A DNA stretch of 64,000 nucleotides, from contig JAQBRA010000002.1 in the NCBI GenBank assembly GCA_028286685.1, positions 129,073 to 193,072 of the forward strand, read 5' to 3'. The stretch comes from Candidatus Adlerbacteria bacterium (lineage in GTDB: Bacteria; Patescibacteriota; Minisyncoccia; Phycocordibacterales; SBAW01). Shown here in pieces: positions 1 through 9,389 of this stretch. The notes beneath the pieces were generated by a model that did not search any database, had not been told where the DNA came from, and saw nothing but the letters and a program-made list of their open reading frames with translations. Positions within the stretch are counted from its first letter, which is position 1. Each line of letters opens with the position of its first letter. The translations under genes were made by a program, and so were the position numbers.

Positions 1-390
1 CTGCCGCACCAGGCGGTGCACGCCGTACTCGTTTTTTAAAATCCCGTATGCATCCTTCCCTTCTACTTCGTACGAGGCGTTGCGGTAGCCGCCGTGATCG
101 TTCTCGTTCTTGTGGAGCTCGCGCATGCTCCAGCCGCGCTTCTCGGAAAATTTCCAATACATCTCCACAAGCATGCGGGCGAAGTCTTCGGCATCGTCAC
201 CCCCGGCGCCGGCCACAAAGCTTACGACCGCCGAGCCGCGGTCGTAAGCACTGCCGCCCTCGGCTTCTATTTTCAAATCCTGCAGCTCTTTTATGAGCGC
301 CTGTGCCTCGTGGGGATTGCTCCAAAAATCCGGCGCCGTCATGGCGCCCTCTATCTCGCGGATTCGATTTTCTATCTCGGCCTTTTCCAT
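1..390 (-). CDS. prfB: peptide chain release factor 2, N-terminal part (rest of gene beyond left window edge)
   Basis: Minus-strand reading frame from ATG (complement of 388-390) runs off the left edge with no stop. Translation MEKAEIENRIREIEGAMTAPDFWSN...YGVHRLVRQ carries the RF2-type GVHRLVR motif. It is absent from the ORF track because it has no in-window stop. Confidence 0.7.
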   Translation of the reverse strand, partial: MEKAEIENRIREIEGAMTAPDFWSNPHEAQALIKELQDLKIEAEGGSAYDRGSAVVSFVAGAGGDDAEDFARMLVEMYWKFSEKRGWSMRELHKNENDHGGYRNASYEVEGKDAYGILKNEYGVHRLVRQ

Positions 391-409
391 AAATGCATGG
401 CGGGCGAAC

Positions 410-485
410 TGGAGCCGAAGGCCGGGATCGAACCGGCGACCTGCGGTTTACGATACCGCTGCTCTACCAACTGAGCTACTTCGGC
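410..485 (-). tRNA. tRNA-Thr (anticodon CGU)
   Basis: Reverse complement GCCGAAGTAGCTCAGTTGGTAGAGCAGCGGTATCGTAAACCGCAGGTCGCCGGTTCGATCCCGGCCTTCGGCTCCA folds as a cloverleaf with anticodon loop AT-CGT-AA and an encoded CCA. Confidence 0.9.
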
Positions 486-514
486 GTATGTATAAAGGCT
501 CCGGGCTAACCGGG

Positions 515-587
515 AGCCGAAGGCCGGAATCGAACCGGCGACCTACTCCTTACCATGGAGTTGCTCTACCAACTGAGCTACTTCGGC
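515..587 (-). tRNA. tRNA-Thr (anticodon GGU)
   Basis: Reverse complement GCCGAAGTAGCTCAGTTGGTAGAGCAACTCCATGGTAAGGAGTAGGTCGCCGGTTCGATTCCGGCCTTCGGCT has anticodon loop AT-GGT-AA. It is a near-duplicate of the neighbouring tRNA-Thr; CCA is not encoded. Confidence 0.9.
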
Positions 588-799
588 TTGTACGAACTTA
601 TGCAGAGTAGCCCATTTCCGGCGTTTTTTCAAACCGGCCCAGCGCTACAGAAGAAACACAGACTTCAGCAAACCTTAATCTTATTCCCGTATTCTGCGTG
701 AGTGCATCAGAAAAGCAGCAGGCGGTTACGCGGGCAAATCTGAAGGAGGCTTCAGTAAGCAGAGAAGTTAGAGGCACGTCTACTTATACACCCACACCC

Positions 800-1945
800 A
801 TGAGCAACCAAAATTCCCTTTCTATAGTTATCCCCGCCTACAATGAGGCCCGCCGCCTGCCGGCTACGCTTGCAAGCGTATATGAGTACCTGCGCTCGGG
901 TGCCTTTCCTGCGCACGAGATAATCGTCGTCGACGACGGCTCCAGCGACAAGACCGTCGAGGTGGCTGAGGAATTTGCCAACCGTCGCGATATAAAAAAT
1001 GTGCGGATAATCCGCGCGCCCCGCAACCAGGGAAAGGGCGCGGCCCTGGCCCGCGGCATACTTGCAAGCCACGGCGAGTTCGTGCTCTGCACCGACGCCG
1101 ATCTTTCCACTCCCATAGGCGAAATGGACAAGCTTCTGCGCCGAGTGCGCCGCGACGGCTTTGACGTGGCTATCGGCTCGCGCAACGTGGCAGAAAGCAT
1201 CGTCACCAAAAAGCCCTGGTACCGCTCAATACTCAGCGGCACCTCCAACCTGCTGATCCGCCTGGTCTTGGGCCTCCCCTTCCGCGACACGCAGTGCGGC
1301 TTCAAGCTCTACCGCCGCGAGGCTGCACTGTCCCTGTTTAGGAATCTCCACTTGCCGCGCTTCAGCTTTGATTTTGAGGTACTCTCCCGCGCCAAGACTA
1401 AAGGACTGCGCGTCGCCGAGGTGGGCGTGCGCTGGGAGCATTCGGACTTTACCACGGTGCGCACGCGCGATGTTTTCCAGTGCCTCGTCGATGTGTTCCG
1501 CATCCGCTTCGGCCTTACCGGAGACGCCTCAATGGCGCAGCTCGGGCGCTTTATGACGGTGGGCGTCGTCAATACCGCCATCGACGCTGGCCTATATTTC
1601 ATGCTCACCCGATTTACCGCCGCGTTTGCGGGAGACATTGTCGCGGCAAAGTTCTTCTCATTCCTGGCGGCCACCGTATCGAGCCTGCTTCTCAACCGCC
1701 GCTGGACCTTCGGCGTGCGTGCACCGCTTACATTTGCCGAGGTCGCGCGCTTTTACGCGACCGTCTCCGCCAGCATGGCGCTCAACGTGAGCCTTATGTA
1801 TATGTTCGTGCACGGTCTTGGCATCCACGACCTCCAGGCGCTCCTGCTTACCACCCTGCTTACCTTCGGGCTCAACTACACGCTGTCGCGCCTCTGGGTA
1901 TTCCCCAAGAAAGACGCCGAGCTTGCTGCGGGCATGAACCTATAA
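800..1945 (+). CDS. GT2 polyprenyl-phosphate (Dpm1/Ppm1-like) glycosyltransferase fused to a C-terminal GtrA-like membrane domain
   Basis: ORF track 698-1945. The N-terminal part (IVIPAYNEA...VVDDGSSD...DADLS...QCGFKLY) is a GT2 Dpm1-like fold and the C-terminal ~120 aa are a GtrA-type 4-TM domain. ATG at 800 is preferred; the track start at 698 is a GTG. Confidence 0.8.
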   Translation: MSNQNSLSIVIPAYNEARRLPATLASVYEYLRSGAFPAHEIIVVDDGSSDKTVEVAEEFANRRDIKNVRIIRAPRNQGKGAALARGILASHGEFVLCTDADLSTPIGEMDKLLRRVRRDGFDVAIGSRNVAESIVTKKPWYRSILSGTSNLLIRLVLGLPFRDTQCGFKLYRREAALSLFRNLHLPRFSFDFEVLSRAKTKGLRVAEVGVRWEHSDFTTVRTRDVFQCLVDVFRIRFGLTGDASMAQLGRFMTVGVVNTAIDAGLYFMLTRFTAAFAGDIVAAKFFSFLAATVSSLLLNRRWTFGVRAPLTFAEVARFYATVSASMALNVSLMYMFVHGLGIHDLQALLLTTLLTFGLNYTLSRLWVFPKKDAELAAGMNL

Positions 1946-1948
1946 CCT

Positions 1949-2473
1949 ATGAAAAAACTGCTTATACCCGTTATGTTTCTGGGCCTGCTCTTTGCCGCCA
2001 CTCCCGCGCTTGCCCAGGAGCGCGGGGAAAACCGCGGAAGCGGCTCGGTAGTGCAGTCTATTTTCGATTCACTTGAGCGCGCGCGCGAGTCGCGACAGGA
2101 GCGCGCACGCCAGGCACAAGAAGAGCAGCGGGCATCGCAACAGGAAGTTGCAGCAGACGGGCAGACTGCAACCTCTACGGCCACTTCAACTTCAACTGTG
2201 GCCGCAGCCACCACAACCGCCGCTGCCGCTCGGCCGGACGCTCCAGTTGCACAACAGCCTGCGGCCGCAGCGATCTCAGCGCTGGGCGACCAGAACGGGA
2301 CGCCGCAGGCGGGCGTCTATGAAGCAGAGGGCCTCTCTGCCGCGCAGATGCGGATACTGCTGACTGCCGCACTGGCAATGGCGGTGGGCGGATTCTTATT
2401 AGTGGAGCGCGGGACTCTCGAGCGCCTCCTTGCCGCCGGCCCTGCGCGCCGCACGCACTCCTTACGCGTATGA
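1949..2473 (+). CDS. hypothetical secreted/membrane-anchored protein with low-complexity Thr/Ala-rich segment
   Basis: ORF track. It has an N-terminal signal peptide (MKKLLIPVMFLGLLFAATPALA), a TSTATSTST/AAATTTAAAA stretch and a C-terminal hydrophobic helix. Confidence 0.6.
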   Translation: MKKLLIPVMFLGLLFAATPALAQERGENRGSGSVVQSIFDSLERARESRQERARQAQEEQRASQQEVAADGQTATSTATSTSTVAAATTTAAAARPDAPVAQQPAAAAISALGDQNGTPQAGVYEAEGLSAAQMRILLTAALAMAVGGFLLVERGTLERLLAAGPARRTHSLRV

Positions 2474-3690
2474 GATTAAAGTTTGTCGGATACCTCCTGC
2501 TCGGAGCGGCGCTGCTTGTGCTGCTTGCAGTCATATACCTAAGCTCCGACCGGAGCCGGATCCCACTCATGTTCTCCCCTACGCAAATCCTGGGAGCCAC
2601 CTGGGGACACTACAAGGAGGAGTACCTTGAGCCCGGCACCAATCGCACGCTCGACAAGCAGCGCGAGAATGTCACCACATCCGAGGGCCAAAGCTACACG
2701 ATGCTCCGGGCCGTATGGCAGGGCGACAAAGAGACCTTTGACGCATCCTGGACGTGGACCAAAGACAACCTGCTGCACGACGATGACTGGCTCTTTGCCT
2801 GGATCTTTGGCAAACGCAGCGACGGCTCTTACGGCGTCTTGGCAGAGCGCGGCGGCAATTCGACCGCAAGCGATGCAGACCAGGATATCGCGCTCGCGCT
2901 CATATTCGCCTACGCGCGCTGGCAGGACCCGGCCTACATAGGAGAGGCGCGCCGCATACTCGACGATATCTGGGAGAAAGAAGTGATCATGATACAGGGA
3001 AAGCCCTATCTCGCCGCCAATGATCTTGAGAAATTTTCCTCCTCTGAAACGGCGATCATCAACCCTTCTTATTTGGCTCCGTACGCGTACCGGATATTTG
3101 CGGTTGTTGACTCCAATCATGCCTGGGAAGGCTTGATCGACACGTCCTACGATGTTATCGGGCGATCGATCGAGCTGCCGCTTGGCGCACCGGAAAGCGC
3201 GGGGCTTGCACCGGACTGGGTGCGCATCAACAAGGCAACCGGCGAGCTTACGCCAACTGGCGGGGACTTGACCACCAACTTCGGCTACGACGCGCTGCGC
3301 ATGCCTTGGCGCCTTGCGCTCGATTACCAATGGAACAAGGAAGAACGCGCCCGCGAGACGCTCTCCCGCATGAGCTTCCTCTCGCGGCAATGGAAAGAGC
3401 GCGGCACGCTCAGCACTACCTACAGTCACGACGGCACAGTCTTGGGCGACTACGAGACCCCCGCCTTCTACGGCGGAGTTATCGGCTACTTTATAGTCGC
3501 GGACAAGGCGGCAGCGAGAAACGTCTATGAGCAGAAACTCGGAAGCCTCTACAATCCGGATACCAACGACTGGAAGCAGCGCCTTTCCTATTACGACGAT
3601 AACTGGGCCTGGTTCGGCATCGGACTCTATCACAACCTCCTCCCCAATCTTTCCGACAATTTGCCGGCAAGCGCTTTCCTGACGCCTTAA
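2470..3690 (+). CDS. glycoside hydrolase family 8 endoglucanase (BcsZ-like), N-terminally membrane anchored
   Basis: ORF track. The SEGQSYTML ... ASDADQDIALALIFA stretch matches the GH8 signature. Its start overlaps the upstream stop (ATGA). Confidence 0.85.
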   Translation: MRLKFVGYLLLGAALLVLLAVIYLSSDRSRIPLMFSPTQILGATWGHYKEEYLEPGTNRTLDKQRENVTTSEGQSYTMLRAVWQGDKETFDASWTWTKDNLLHDDDWLFAWIFGKRSDGSYGVLAERGGNSTASDADQDIALALIFAYARWQDPAYIGEARRILDDIWEKEVIMIQGKPYLAANDLEKFSSSETAIINPSYLAPYAYRIFAVVDSNHAWEGLIDTSYDVIGRSIELPLGAPESAGLAPDWVRINKATGELTPTGGDLTTNFGYDALRMPWRLALDYQWNKEERARETLSRMSFLSRQWKERGTLSTTYSHDGTVLGDYETPAFYGGVIGYFIVADKAAARNVYEQKLGSLYNPDTNDWKQRLSYYDDNWAWFGIGLYHNLLPNLSDNLPASAFLTP

Positions 3691-3737
3691 GCCGCCCTTC
3701 ATGCGCGGCCGCGTATGGTAGCGCTTGTAACCACCCT

Positions 3738-5306
3738 ATGAATAATCACGAACAACCAATTGATCTGCGCACCGCGTTTCTGAAAACCGGCTCTTCGCGC
3801 GCGCTCTTTGCGGCAAATGCGGCACTAGCCGTCCTGTACTTCTGCGTGCTCACCTTCTTCTTCAAGCACGGCAATCCCCTGCTCTGGGGCCTCCTGGTCG
3901 CGGGCGAAGTGTTCCATCTCTGGCAGGTGCTCACGTTCCTCTACACGGTCTGGGACACCGAGCACAAGGCGCGCTTCGATGCCGCACTGGTCCCCGCAGT
4001 CGACGTGTTTATCACAGTAGCCGGCGAGCCCGTTTCGGTCGTCGAAGAGACCGCGCGCGCGGCCAGGAATATGCGCTACGCGGGAGCCTTCTCTGTCCAT
4101 ATACTTAACGACGGCTATGTCGCCAAAAAGGACAACTGGCGCGAGATTGAATCCATGGCTGCGCGCGTGGGCGTGCACTGCATCACTCGTACGGTTCCTG
4201 GGGGTGCCAAGGCCGGCAACATTAACAATGCGCTCAAGCTCACCGTCGCTCCCCTGGTAGCCATATTCGACGCGGACCATGTCCCGCACGAGGATTTCCT
4301 GGAAAAGACGGTCGGGTATTTTGCTGACGAGAAAATGGGCTTCGTGCAGACGCCGCAGTTTTACAAGAATCACGGCGCCAATTACCTGGCCCAGGCATCG
4401 TGGGAGCAGCAGGAGCTTTTCTTCGGCCCCATCTGCAAGGGAAAAAATCGGCACAACGCCGCGACCATGTGCGGAACCAACATGGTTATCAGCCGCGAGG
4501 CGCTTGAGCGCGTCGGGGGCATGTCAACCGAGTCGATCGCCGAAGATTTCGTAACGGGGCTCTTCATGCACTCACTGGGATTAAAGTCGTATTACGTAGG
4601 AGAAGTCCTGGCAGAAGGCTTGGCGACCGAGGACTTCCTCTCCTACTCCAAGCAGCAATTCAGGTGGGCTCGCGGCTCGCTCGATGTTATCTTCCGCTAC
4701 AATCCGCTTTTGCGGCGCGGGCTTACGTTCGCGCAGCGCATCCAGTATCTGGCGTCGGCGAGCTTCTACCTGTCGGGCACGGTGGTATTCATCGACCTTA
4801 TGCTGCCGCTGGCGTTCCTCTATACGGGCGCGGTACCGCTTGAGATCAGCGGCATGTTCTTGGCAGCGGTATTCCTCCCCTACATGTTCCTGACGCTCTA
4901 CTGCGTGCAGCGCAGCTCCAACTTTACGTTTACGTTCGCGTCGCTGGCGCTGTCGATGAGCGCGTTTACGATCCACCTCAGCGCCCTGTGGGCCGCCATG
5001 ACGGGAAAGAAGTCGGCCTTCGTCATAACCTCCAAGGAAGCCGTGTCGGGCAACTTTATCAGGCTCGCTGCGCCGCACATAGCCTATGTCGCCATAGCGG
5101 CCTTCGGCATCTTAGTGGCGCTCAACCGCGAGGGATTTTCGGCATCGCTCGTCAACAACATAGCCTGGGTGGCGCTCAACGCCGCGGTGTTTTACCCCTA
5201 CATAAAGGCAGCTCGCGGCGACGCGCACCCGGCAGCGGCAGCCGAGCCCGGTTCTGTGCCCCTATCGTCTCTTATAAAACCTAAGCACAAAGTTCATGCG
5301 CAGTAA
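3738..5306 (+). CDS. processive beta-glycosyltransferase, cellulose-synthase-like GT2 (BcsA/CesA family catalytic core, no PilZ domain)
   Basis: ORF track. It has an N-terminal TM region, DAD in AIFDADHV, TED followed by QQFRWARG (the QxxRW motif), and several C-terminal TM helices. Confidence 0.85.
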   Translation: MNNHEQPIDLRTAFLKTGSSRALFAANAALAVLYFCVLTFFFKHGNPLLWGLLVAGEVFHLWQVLTFLYTVWDTEHKARFDAALVPAVDVFITVAGEPVSVVEETARAARNMRYAGAFSVHILNDGYVAKKDNWREIESMAARVGVHCITRTVPGGAKAGNINNALKLTVAPLVAIFDADHVPHEDFLEKTVGYFADEKMGFVQTPQFYKNHGANYLAQASWEQQELFFGPICKGKNRHNAATMCGTNMVISREALERVGGMSTESIAEDFVTGLFMHSLGLKSYYVGEVLAEGLATEDFLSYSKQQFRWARGSLDVIFRYNPLLRRGLTFAQRIQYLASASFYLSGTVVFIDLMLPLAFLYTGAVPLEISGMFLAAVFLPYMFLTLYCVQRSSNFTFTFASLALSMSAFTIHLSALWAAMTGKKSAFVITSKEAVSGNFIRLAAPHIAYVAIAAFGILVALNREGFSASLVNNIAWVALNAAVFYPYIKAARGDAHPAAAAEPGSVPLSSLIKPKHKVHAQ

Positions 5307-6819
5307 TACGGTTTTCTGGCAGCTAGGCGGGCTTATGGCGCTCGTCGCGGCACTGGCCTTTTTCTTTTTCTTCCAGCAGTCGATGCGGCTCGACGAGTCG
5401 CAGAGCCTCTGGCAGACGGGGCGCAGCGCCCCGGAGATACTGACTATCGTCGCGCAGGACGTGCACGTGCCGCTCTATCATGAGCTCCTCCATTTCTGGC
5501 GCGTCTTCGTGGGCGACAGCGTTGAGGCGAGCCGGCTCCTGTCGCTGATATTCTACATGGCGTCCATACCGGCGCTCTACTTCCTCGGCCGGATCGCCTA
5601 TGGCCGCCAAGCCGGGCTTTTTGCCGCAACGCTCCTCGCCATATCCCCGTTTATGAATTGGTACGGCAGCGAGATACGCATGTACACGCTGTTTACCTTT
5701 TTGGTGGTACTCAACCAGTACTTCTTTATCCGCATACTCAAGTCAGCCGAAGAGACGAGAGAGAGGACCGAGCGCGCGTGGGCGCTCTACGCGCTCACCG
5801 CCCTCCTGGGCATATTCACACACTACTTCTTCTTCCTAACGCTCGCGGGCCAGGCGCTCTTTTTCGTCCTGCGCCGCGGGCTCTTTCCCCAAGGATCGTT
5901 CAAGAAATTCTTCGGAATCCTGCTCGTACTTGCGGTCATGTTCGCGCCATGGGTGTGGTGGGTCTTCCATCAGGGTCAGGCGAACCAGGCCTCGCCGGTG
6001 CTCCAGAGCCCCACCTCCATCAACTTCTTTAGCGCATTCTCGCAGTTTATCTTCGGATTCCAGACAGACCATCTCAACACCATCGTGCTGTCCCTATGGC
6101 CCATTACGGTGCTTTTGGGCTTCTTGGCGCTGCGCAGAACCCGCGCGCTTCAGCCGGAAACTTTATATTTCATGATCAGCGTATTTCTGTCGATGGCGCT
6201 GGCATTCATCGTAAGCGTGCTCATCGAGCCCGTGTTCGTCTCGCGCTACCTCATCTTTACCGTACCGTCGCTCTATCTCCTTTTGGGGGCACTCATATCG
6301 GCTTACCCGCCGCGCATGGCTTCCTTTGCCCGCTACGCAATAATCGGCCTCATGCTTGCAGGCCTCGCTATCGAAATGTTCAGCAATTCCACCCCGGTCA
6401 AGGAAAACTACCGCGAGGCGGCGCAGTTTCTGACTGAGAATGCGGCGGCGCAGGATATCGTGATACTCTCGGCACCCTTTACCGTCTATCCGGTCGAGTA
6501 CTACTACCGCGGGCCGGCTCCCATTGCTACGCTCCCCAATTGGGACCGCTACGCGTTCGGACCGCTGCCCGCCTATTCCGCAGATGCAATGCCCCAGGAA
6601 GTTACGGATACGACAAAAAATTACCAATACGCATGGCTCCTGCTTTCCTACGACCAGGGCTACGAGGAAGACATGCGTATTTATTTCGATGAGCATTTCG
6701 AGCGCGTCGACATGCGCGAATTCTCTCCGGGACTCGCGCTCTGGGTCTACAAGATACGCTACGACACGCCGCTTGCCGGCGAGGACTTCGTCCCCGGCAC
6801 CACTACCCCAGAGCAATAG
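5296..6819 (+). CDS. GT-C fold glycosyltransferase, GT39/PMT_2 (ArnT/protein-O-mannosyltransferase-like) family
   Basis: ORF track. It is polytopic, with a DE motif in the first loop (RLDESQSLW) and the typical PMT_2 N-terminal ~250 aa. It overlaps the upstream gene by 11 nt. Confidence 0.75.
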   Translation: MRSNTVFWQLGGLMALVAALAFFFFFQQSMRLDESQSLWQTGRSAPEILTIVAQDVHVPLYHELLHFWRVFVGDSVEASRLLSLIFYMASIPALYFLGRIAYGRQAGLFAATLLAISPFMNWYGSEIRMYTLFTFLVVLNQYFFIRILKSAEETRERTERAWALYALTALLGIFTHYFFFLTLAGQALFFVLRRGLFPQGSFKKFFGILLVLAVMFAPWVWWVFHQGQANQASPVLQSPTSINFFSAFSQFIFGFQTDHLNTIVLSLWPITVLLGFLALRRTRALQPETLYFMISVFLSMALAFIVSVLIEPVFVSRYLIFTVPSLYLLLGALISAYPPRMASFARYAIIGLMLAGLAIEMFSNSTPVKENYREAAQFLTENAAAQDIVILSAPFTVYPVEYYYRGPAPIATLPNWDRYAFGPLPAYSADAMPQEVTDTTKNYQYAWLLLSYDQGYEEDMRIYFDEHFERVDMREFSPGLALWVYKIRYDTPLAGEDFVPGTTTPEQ

Positions 6820-6921
6820 GGGTAAGCAAAAACCTTTCAGAAAATAGTCTGGCCCGAGAGCGCTCCAAGCGCGATACGGGAGATCCGAGGACTTTTTCTG
6901 AAAGGTTTTTGTGGAGCTTGT

Positions 6922-8412
6922 TTACTTAACTAGAGAGAGCGCGTACTCGGGCCACCAGGTGCCGGCCGAGGGGCCGCCGTTGCATGCGCCGTCGGATTCG
7001 CCCGGAGTCTTTACCCAGAGATAGGCGTCTATGAGGCTCTGGCCGGTAGCTGCAGACGGACTCTGGCCCGTCTTGCGTCCCCACGGATTGCACCATTCGC
7101 TATTGCCGCCGTTGCCGTTGCGGGCGGTATCGATGACGAAGTGCTTGCCGCCGAGCGCTTGGGACACCTTCGTGCCGTAAGCGGACTCGTCCGATGTCGT
7201 ATTGAAGTTGGACACATTGAGCGAGAAGCCGTCGGCCTTCTGTATGCCCGCCTTCTCTAGCTGCGCAGCCATATCCTTGGCGTCGATCCAGCCCGAGTGG
7301 CCGGCATCGATGTACACTTTTGTATTGCTGTTGCTCTTGAGTATGGAGACTGCCGCGGCGAGCATGTCGGCGCGCTCTCGCTGGCCCGCGCCAGAGAGGC
7401 ACGCATTGCCCGCGAGCGCATCAGGCTCGAGTATGACGACTGCCGAGGCCGAGCCAATGCCGCGCGCAAACGCGCCGATCCATTTCGTATAGGCATCCTT
7501 GCTGGAAGATCCTCCCGCAGAATAACCGCCACAGTCGCGGCCTGGAATATTGTAGGCGACTAGGACCGGCGCAGCGCCTTCCTTTTTTGCCGCATTTACC
7601 ACCTGGGCCGCATCGCTCTGCACATCCTGATTCCAGCCGCCAAACCAGGAAGCAGTCGGCTGCGCGGCCAGATAGCTCATTTTCCTGGCATCATCCGGGC
7701 GATTCTGGCTCCACGAGGCTGCCTGTGCTTTTGCAGAAGAATTTGCATTGACGTAGAAGGTCAGGTCTTTGAGCGGATTTTTGCTTACGACCGGCACGGT
7801 AACCTGTTGGGCCGGCTGCGAAGGCATCGGCTGAGACTGCCCTGCGCTCGAGGTTGCCGCTTGCACCGCGCTGGACGTCGCCACAACAGCTGCCACAGGC
7901 GGCACCGGCACGGATGCTTGCCCGTTCTCTACAAAGATATCGACGCTCTTCTGCCCGATGATCGTATCGTTTTGCCGCGCAATGAAGTTTATTTTGTAGG
8001 GACCCGCTCCCTTCCAGTTCCAGCCGGACACGTCCACACCAGACTCCTTGTGGGGCGCATCAGTGTAGCTGTTGTCCATCCAATTCCATGAGCCGCCGTC
8101 CACCTGCCAGAACATCTCATAGGTACCGGGGTCGACGCCGTCTAGAGCGGCCTTAAACGGCTGGGAGCCGCTGAGGCGCGCGTCGTTCTTGGGCCACCAG
8201 GCACTGACGCCGGAGCTTGCCACCGCGGCCTGCGAAACGCTGAGCGATACATTAATTGGCAGCAGGGTGATATTAGTCAGTATGACACCGAGGAATACCG
8301 CCTTGAAGAATCCATAGCGGCGCGCACGCAAGCGGGATGCCGCAGCGGTTGCCGTGCTGATAATTTTATTATTAAGAGCTTTAAGAGAACGTATTTCTTT
8401 TTCTACTTTCAC
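6922..8412 (-). CDS. glycoside hydrolase family 6 (cellulase/cellobiohydrolase-like) with N-terminal beta-sandwich/linker region
   Basis: ORF track. The C-terminal ~300 aa carry GH6 features (VLVAYNIPGRDCGG, ILEPDALAGN, WVKTPGESDG). An N-terminal signal anchor is present. Confidence 0.8.
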   Translation of the reverse strand: MKVEKEIRSLKALNNKIISTATAAASRLRARRYGFFKAVFLGVILTNITLLPINVSLSVSQAAVASSGVSAWWPKNDARLSGSQPFKAALDGVDPGTYEMFWQVDGGSWNWMDNSYTDAPHKESGVDVSGWNWKGAGPYKINFIARQNDTIIGQKSVDIFVENGQASVPVPPVAAVVATSSAVQAATSSAGQSQPMPSQPAQQVTVPVVSKNPLKDLTFYVNANSSAKAQAASWSQNRPDDARKMSYLAAQPTASWFGGWNQDVQSDAAQVVNAAKKEGAAPVLVAYNIPGRDCGGYSAGGSSSKDAYTKWIGAFARGIGSASAVVILEPDALAGNACLSGAGQRERADMLAAAVSILKSNSNTKVYIDAGHSGWIDAKDMAAQLEKAGIQKADGFSLNVSNFNTTSDESAYGTKVSQALGGKHFVIDTARNGNGGNSEWCNPWGRKTGQSPSAATGQSLIDAYLWVKTPGESDGACNGGPSAGTWWPEYALSLVK

Positions 8413-8779
8413 GCTTCTAACTATGGGGTCGTCTTGACATTGACAGCAAGCGGTGCACTTTGGTGCAATGAAGATCTGCTGAATCTTATTGAAAAATAAG
8501 GCCCGTTTGCTTCATACAGGTACATGGCCCTTTCATACAGCGCACATTTTGCGGCTGGAGGAAGGAGTTTTAGGAGACGCTACCGACCAGCGAGCGGGCG
8601 AAGTCGAGAATGAGATTGAGTATGGAGATAAAAAACGTGATGATAAGCGTCAGGAACTGGAGGAGAAAATTCAATAAAAGGTTGAATATGTTTATGATGG
8701 CGTCCATGGGATTATTATAGCATTTTACATGTACGACCTAGCGGAGCATGGGGACTAAAACACCCGCCCATCACTACAC

Positions 8780-9127
8780 TTACTGCACTAAATACGATCT
8801 TATTCCTATGACGGCATAGGAAAAAATTATTATGAAAATATTTAACATCGGAAGCATTGCGAACATTTTTACAAGTATATGATTTCTCGGAGATTTTATG
8901 GCGGCCACACTGGCAAAACCTCCGATGCTTGAAATTATCAAGACTAGCGGCAAGACATAGATACAGAGCTTGTATAAGCTGTCGACAAAGCCCACCGCCC
9001 CCGAACTAGGCGAAACGGCGGCAAAATACATAACAGTCCAAGCGAGCACTACAGATGGGAACAATAAGACCAGCCATAGCACCGAAAAAAATATAGACCA
9101 CTTTCTGCTCATTGGCCCCGATATCAT
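8780..9127 (-). CDS. small hypothetical integral membrane protein inside an AT-rich islet
   Basis: ORF track, 115 aa with 3 predicted TM helices. Local GC (~42%) is far below the window average. Confidence 0.45.
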   Translation of the reverse strand: MISGPMSRKWSIFFSVLWLVLLFPSVVLAWTVMYFAAVSPSSGAVGFVDSLYKLCIYVLPLVLIISSIGGFASVAAIKSPRNHILVKMFAMLPMLNIFIIIFSYAVIGIRSYLVQ

Positions 9128-9250
9128 TGGCTAATACTATCACCTCTTGTTTTTGCTTTCGGTCAAATCGGCTCGTCAGCGATTCGCTTGCAGTCCTGCC
9201 TCGCGGTTTTGCTGAACGGGACTCGTCGCAGACACAATAAGACGGGACTC

Positions 9251-9289
9251 GGTCACAGATAATTTTGCAGAGCAAAATTATCTGTGACC
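9251..9289. repeat. perfect 18-bp inverted repeat (stem-loop) ggtcacagataattttgc-aga-gcaaaattatctgtgacc
   Basis: Arms at 9251-9268 and 9272-9289 are exact reverse complements. It is preceded by direct repeats cgggactcg (9213-9226 and 9241-9253). Confidence 0.9.
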
Positions 9290-9353
9290 CCGCCTCAGAA
9301 ACGCTTCCCCGGAGCGTTTCTTCCGGCCTTCGAGTCCCCGTTGCCCGGCAACC

Positions 9354-9381
9354 AAAAAGCATCCCCGAAGGGATGCTTTTT
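9354..9381. terminator. bidirectional rho-independent terminator hairpin (aaaaagcatcccCGAAgggatgcttttt)
   Basis: A GC-rich 7-bp stem with an A-run 5' and a T-run 3' lies directly 3' of tRNA-Asp on the minus strand. Confidence 0.7.
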
Positions 9382-9389
9382 ACTCGCTG

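Noticed and set aside
2539-3702. Long antisense ORFs such as 2539-3702 (-), 43265-44776 (+), 47000-48115 (-), 50103-51080 (+), 26880-27626 (+) and 30671-31459 (+)
   Set aside because: They lie opposite well-supported genes (GH8, anti-sigma, recG, ftsH, pilB, pilM) and have Arg/Ala/Pro-rich low-complexity translations, typical of spurious open frames in high-GC DNA.
8489-8677. ORF 8489-8677 (+, 62 aa) in the AT-rich islet
   Set aside because: It has no start context or family, and a charged low-complexity translation, so it was left unannotated.
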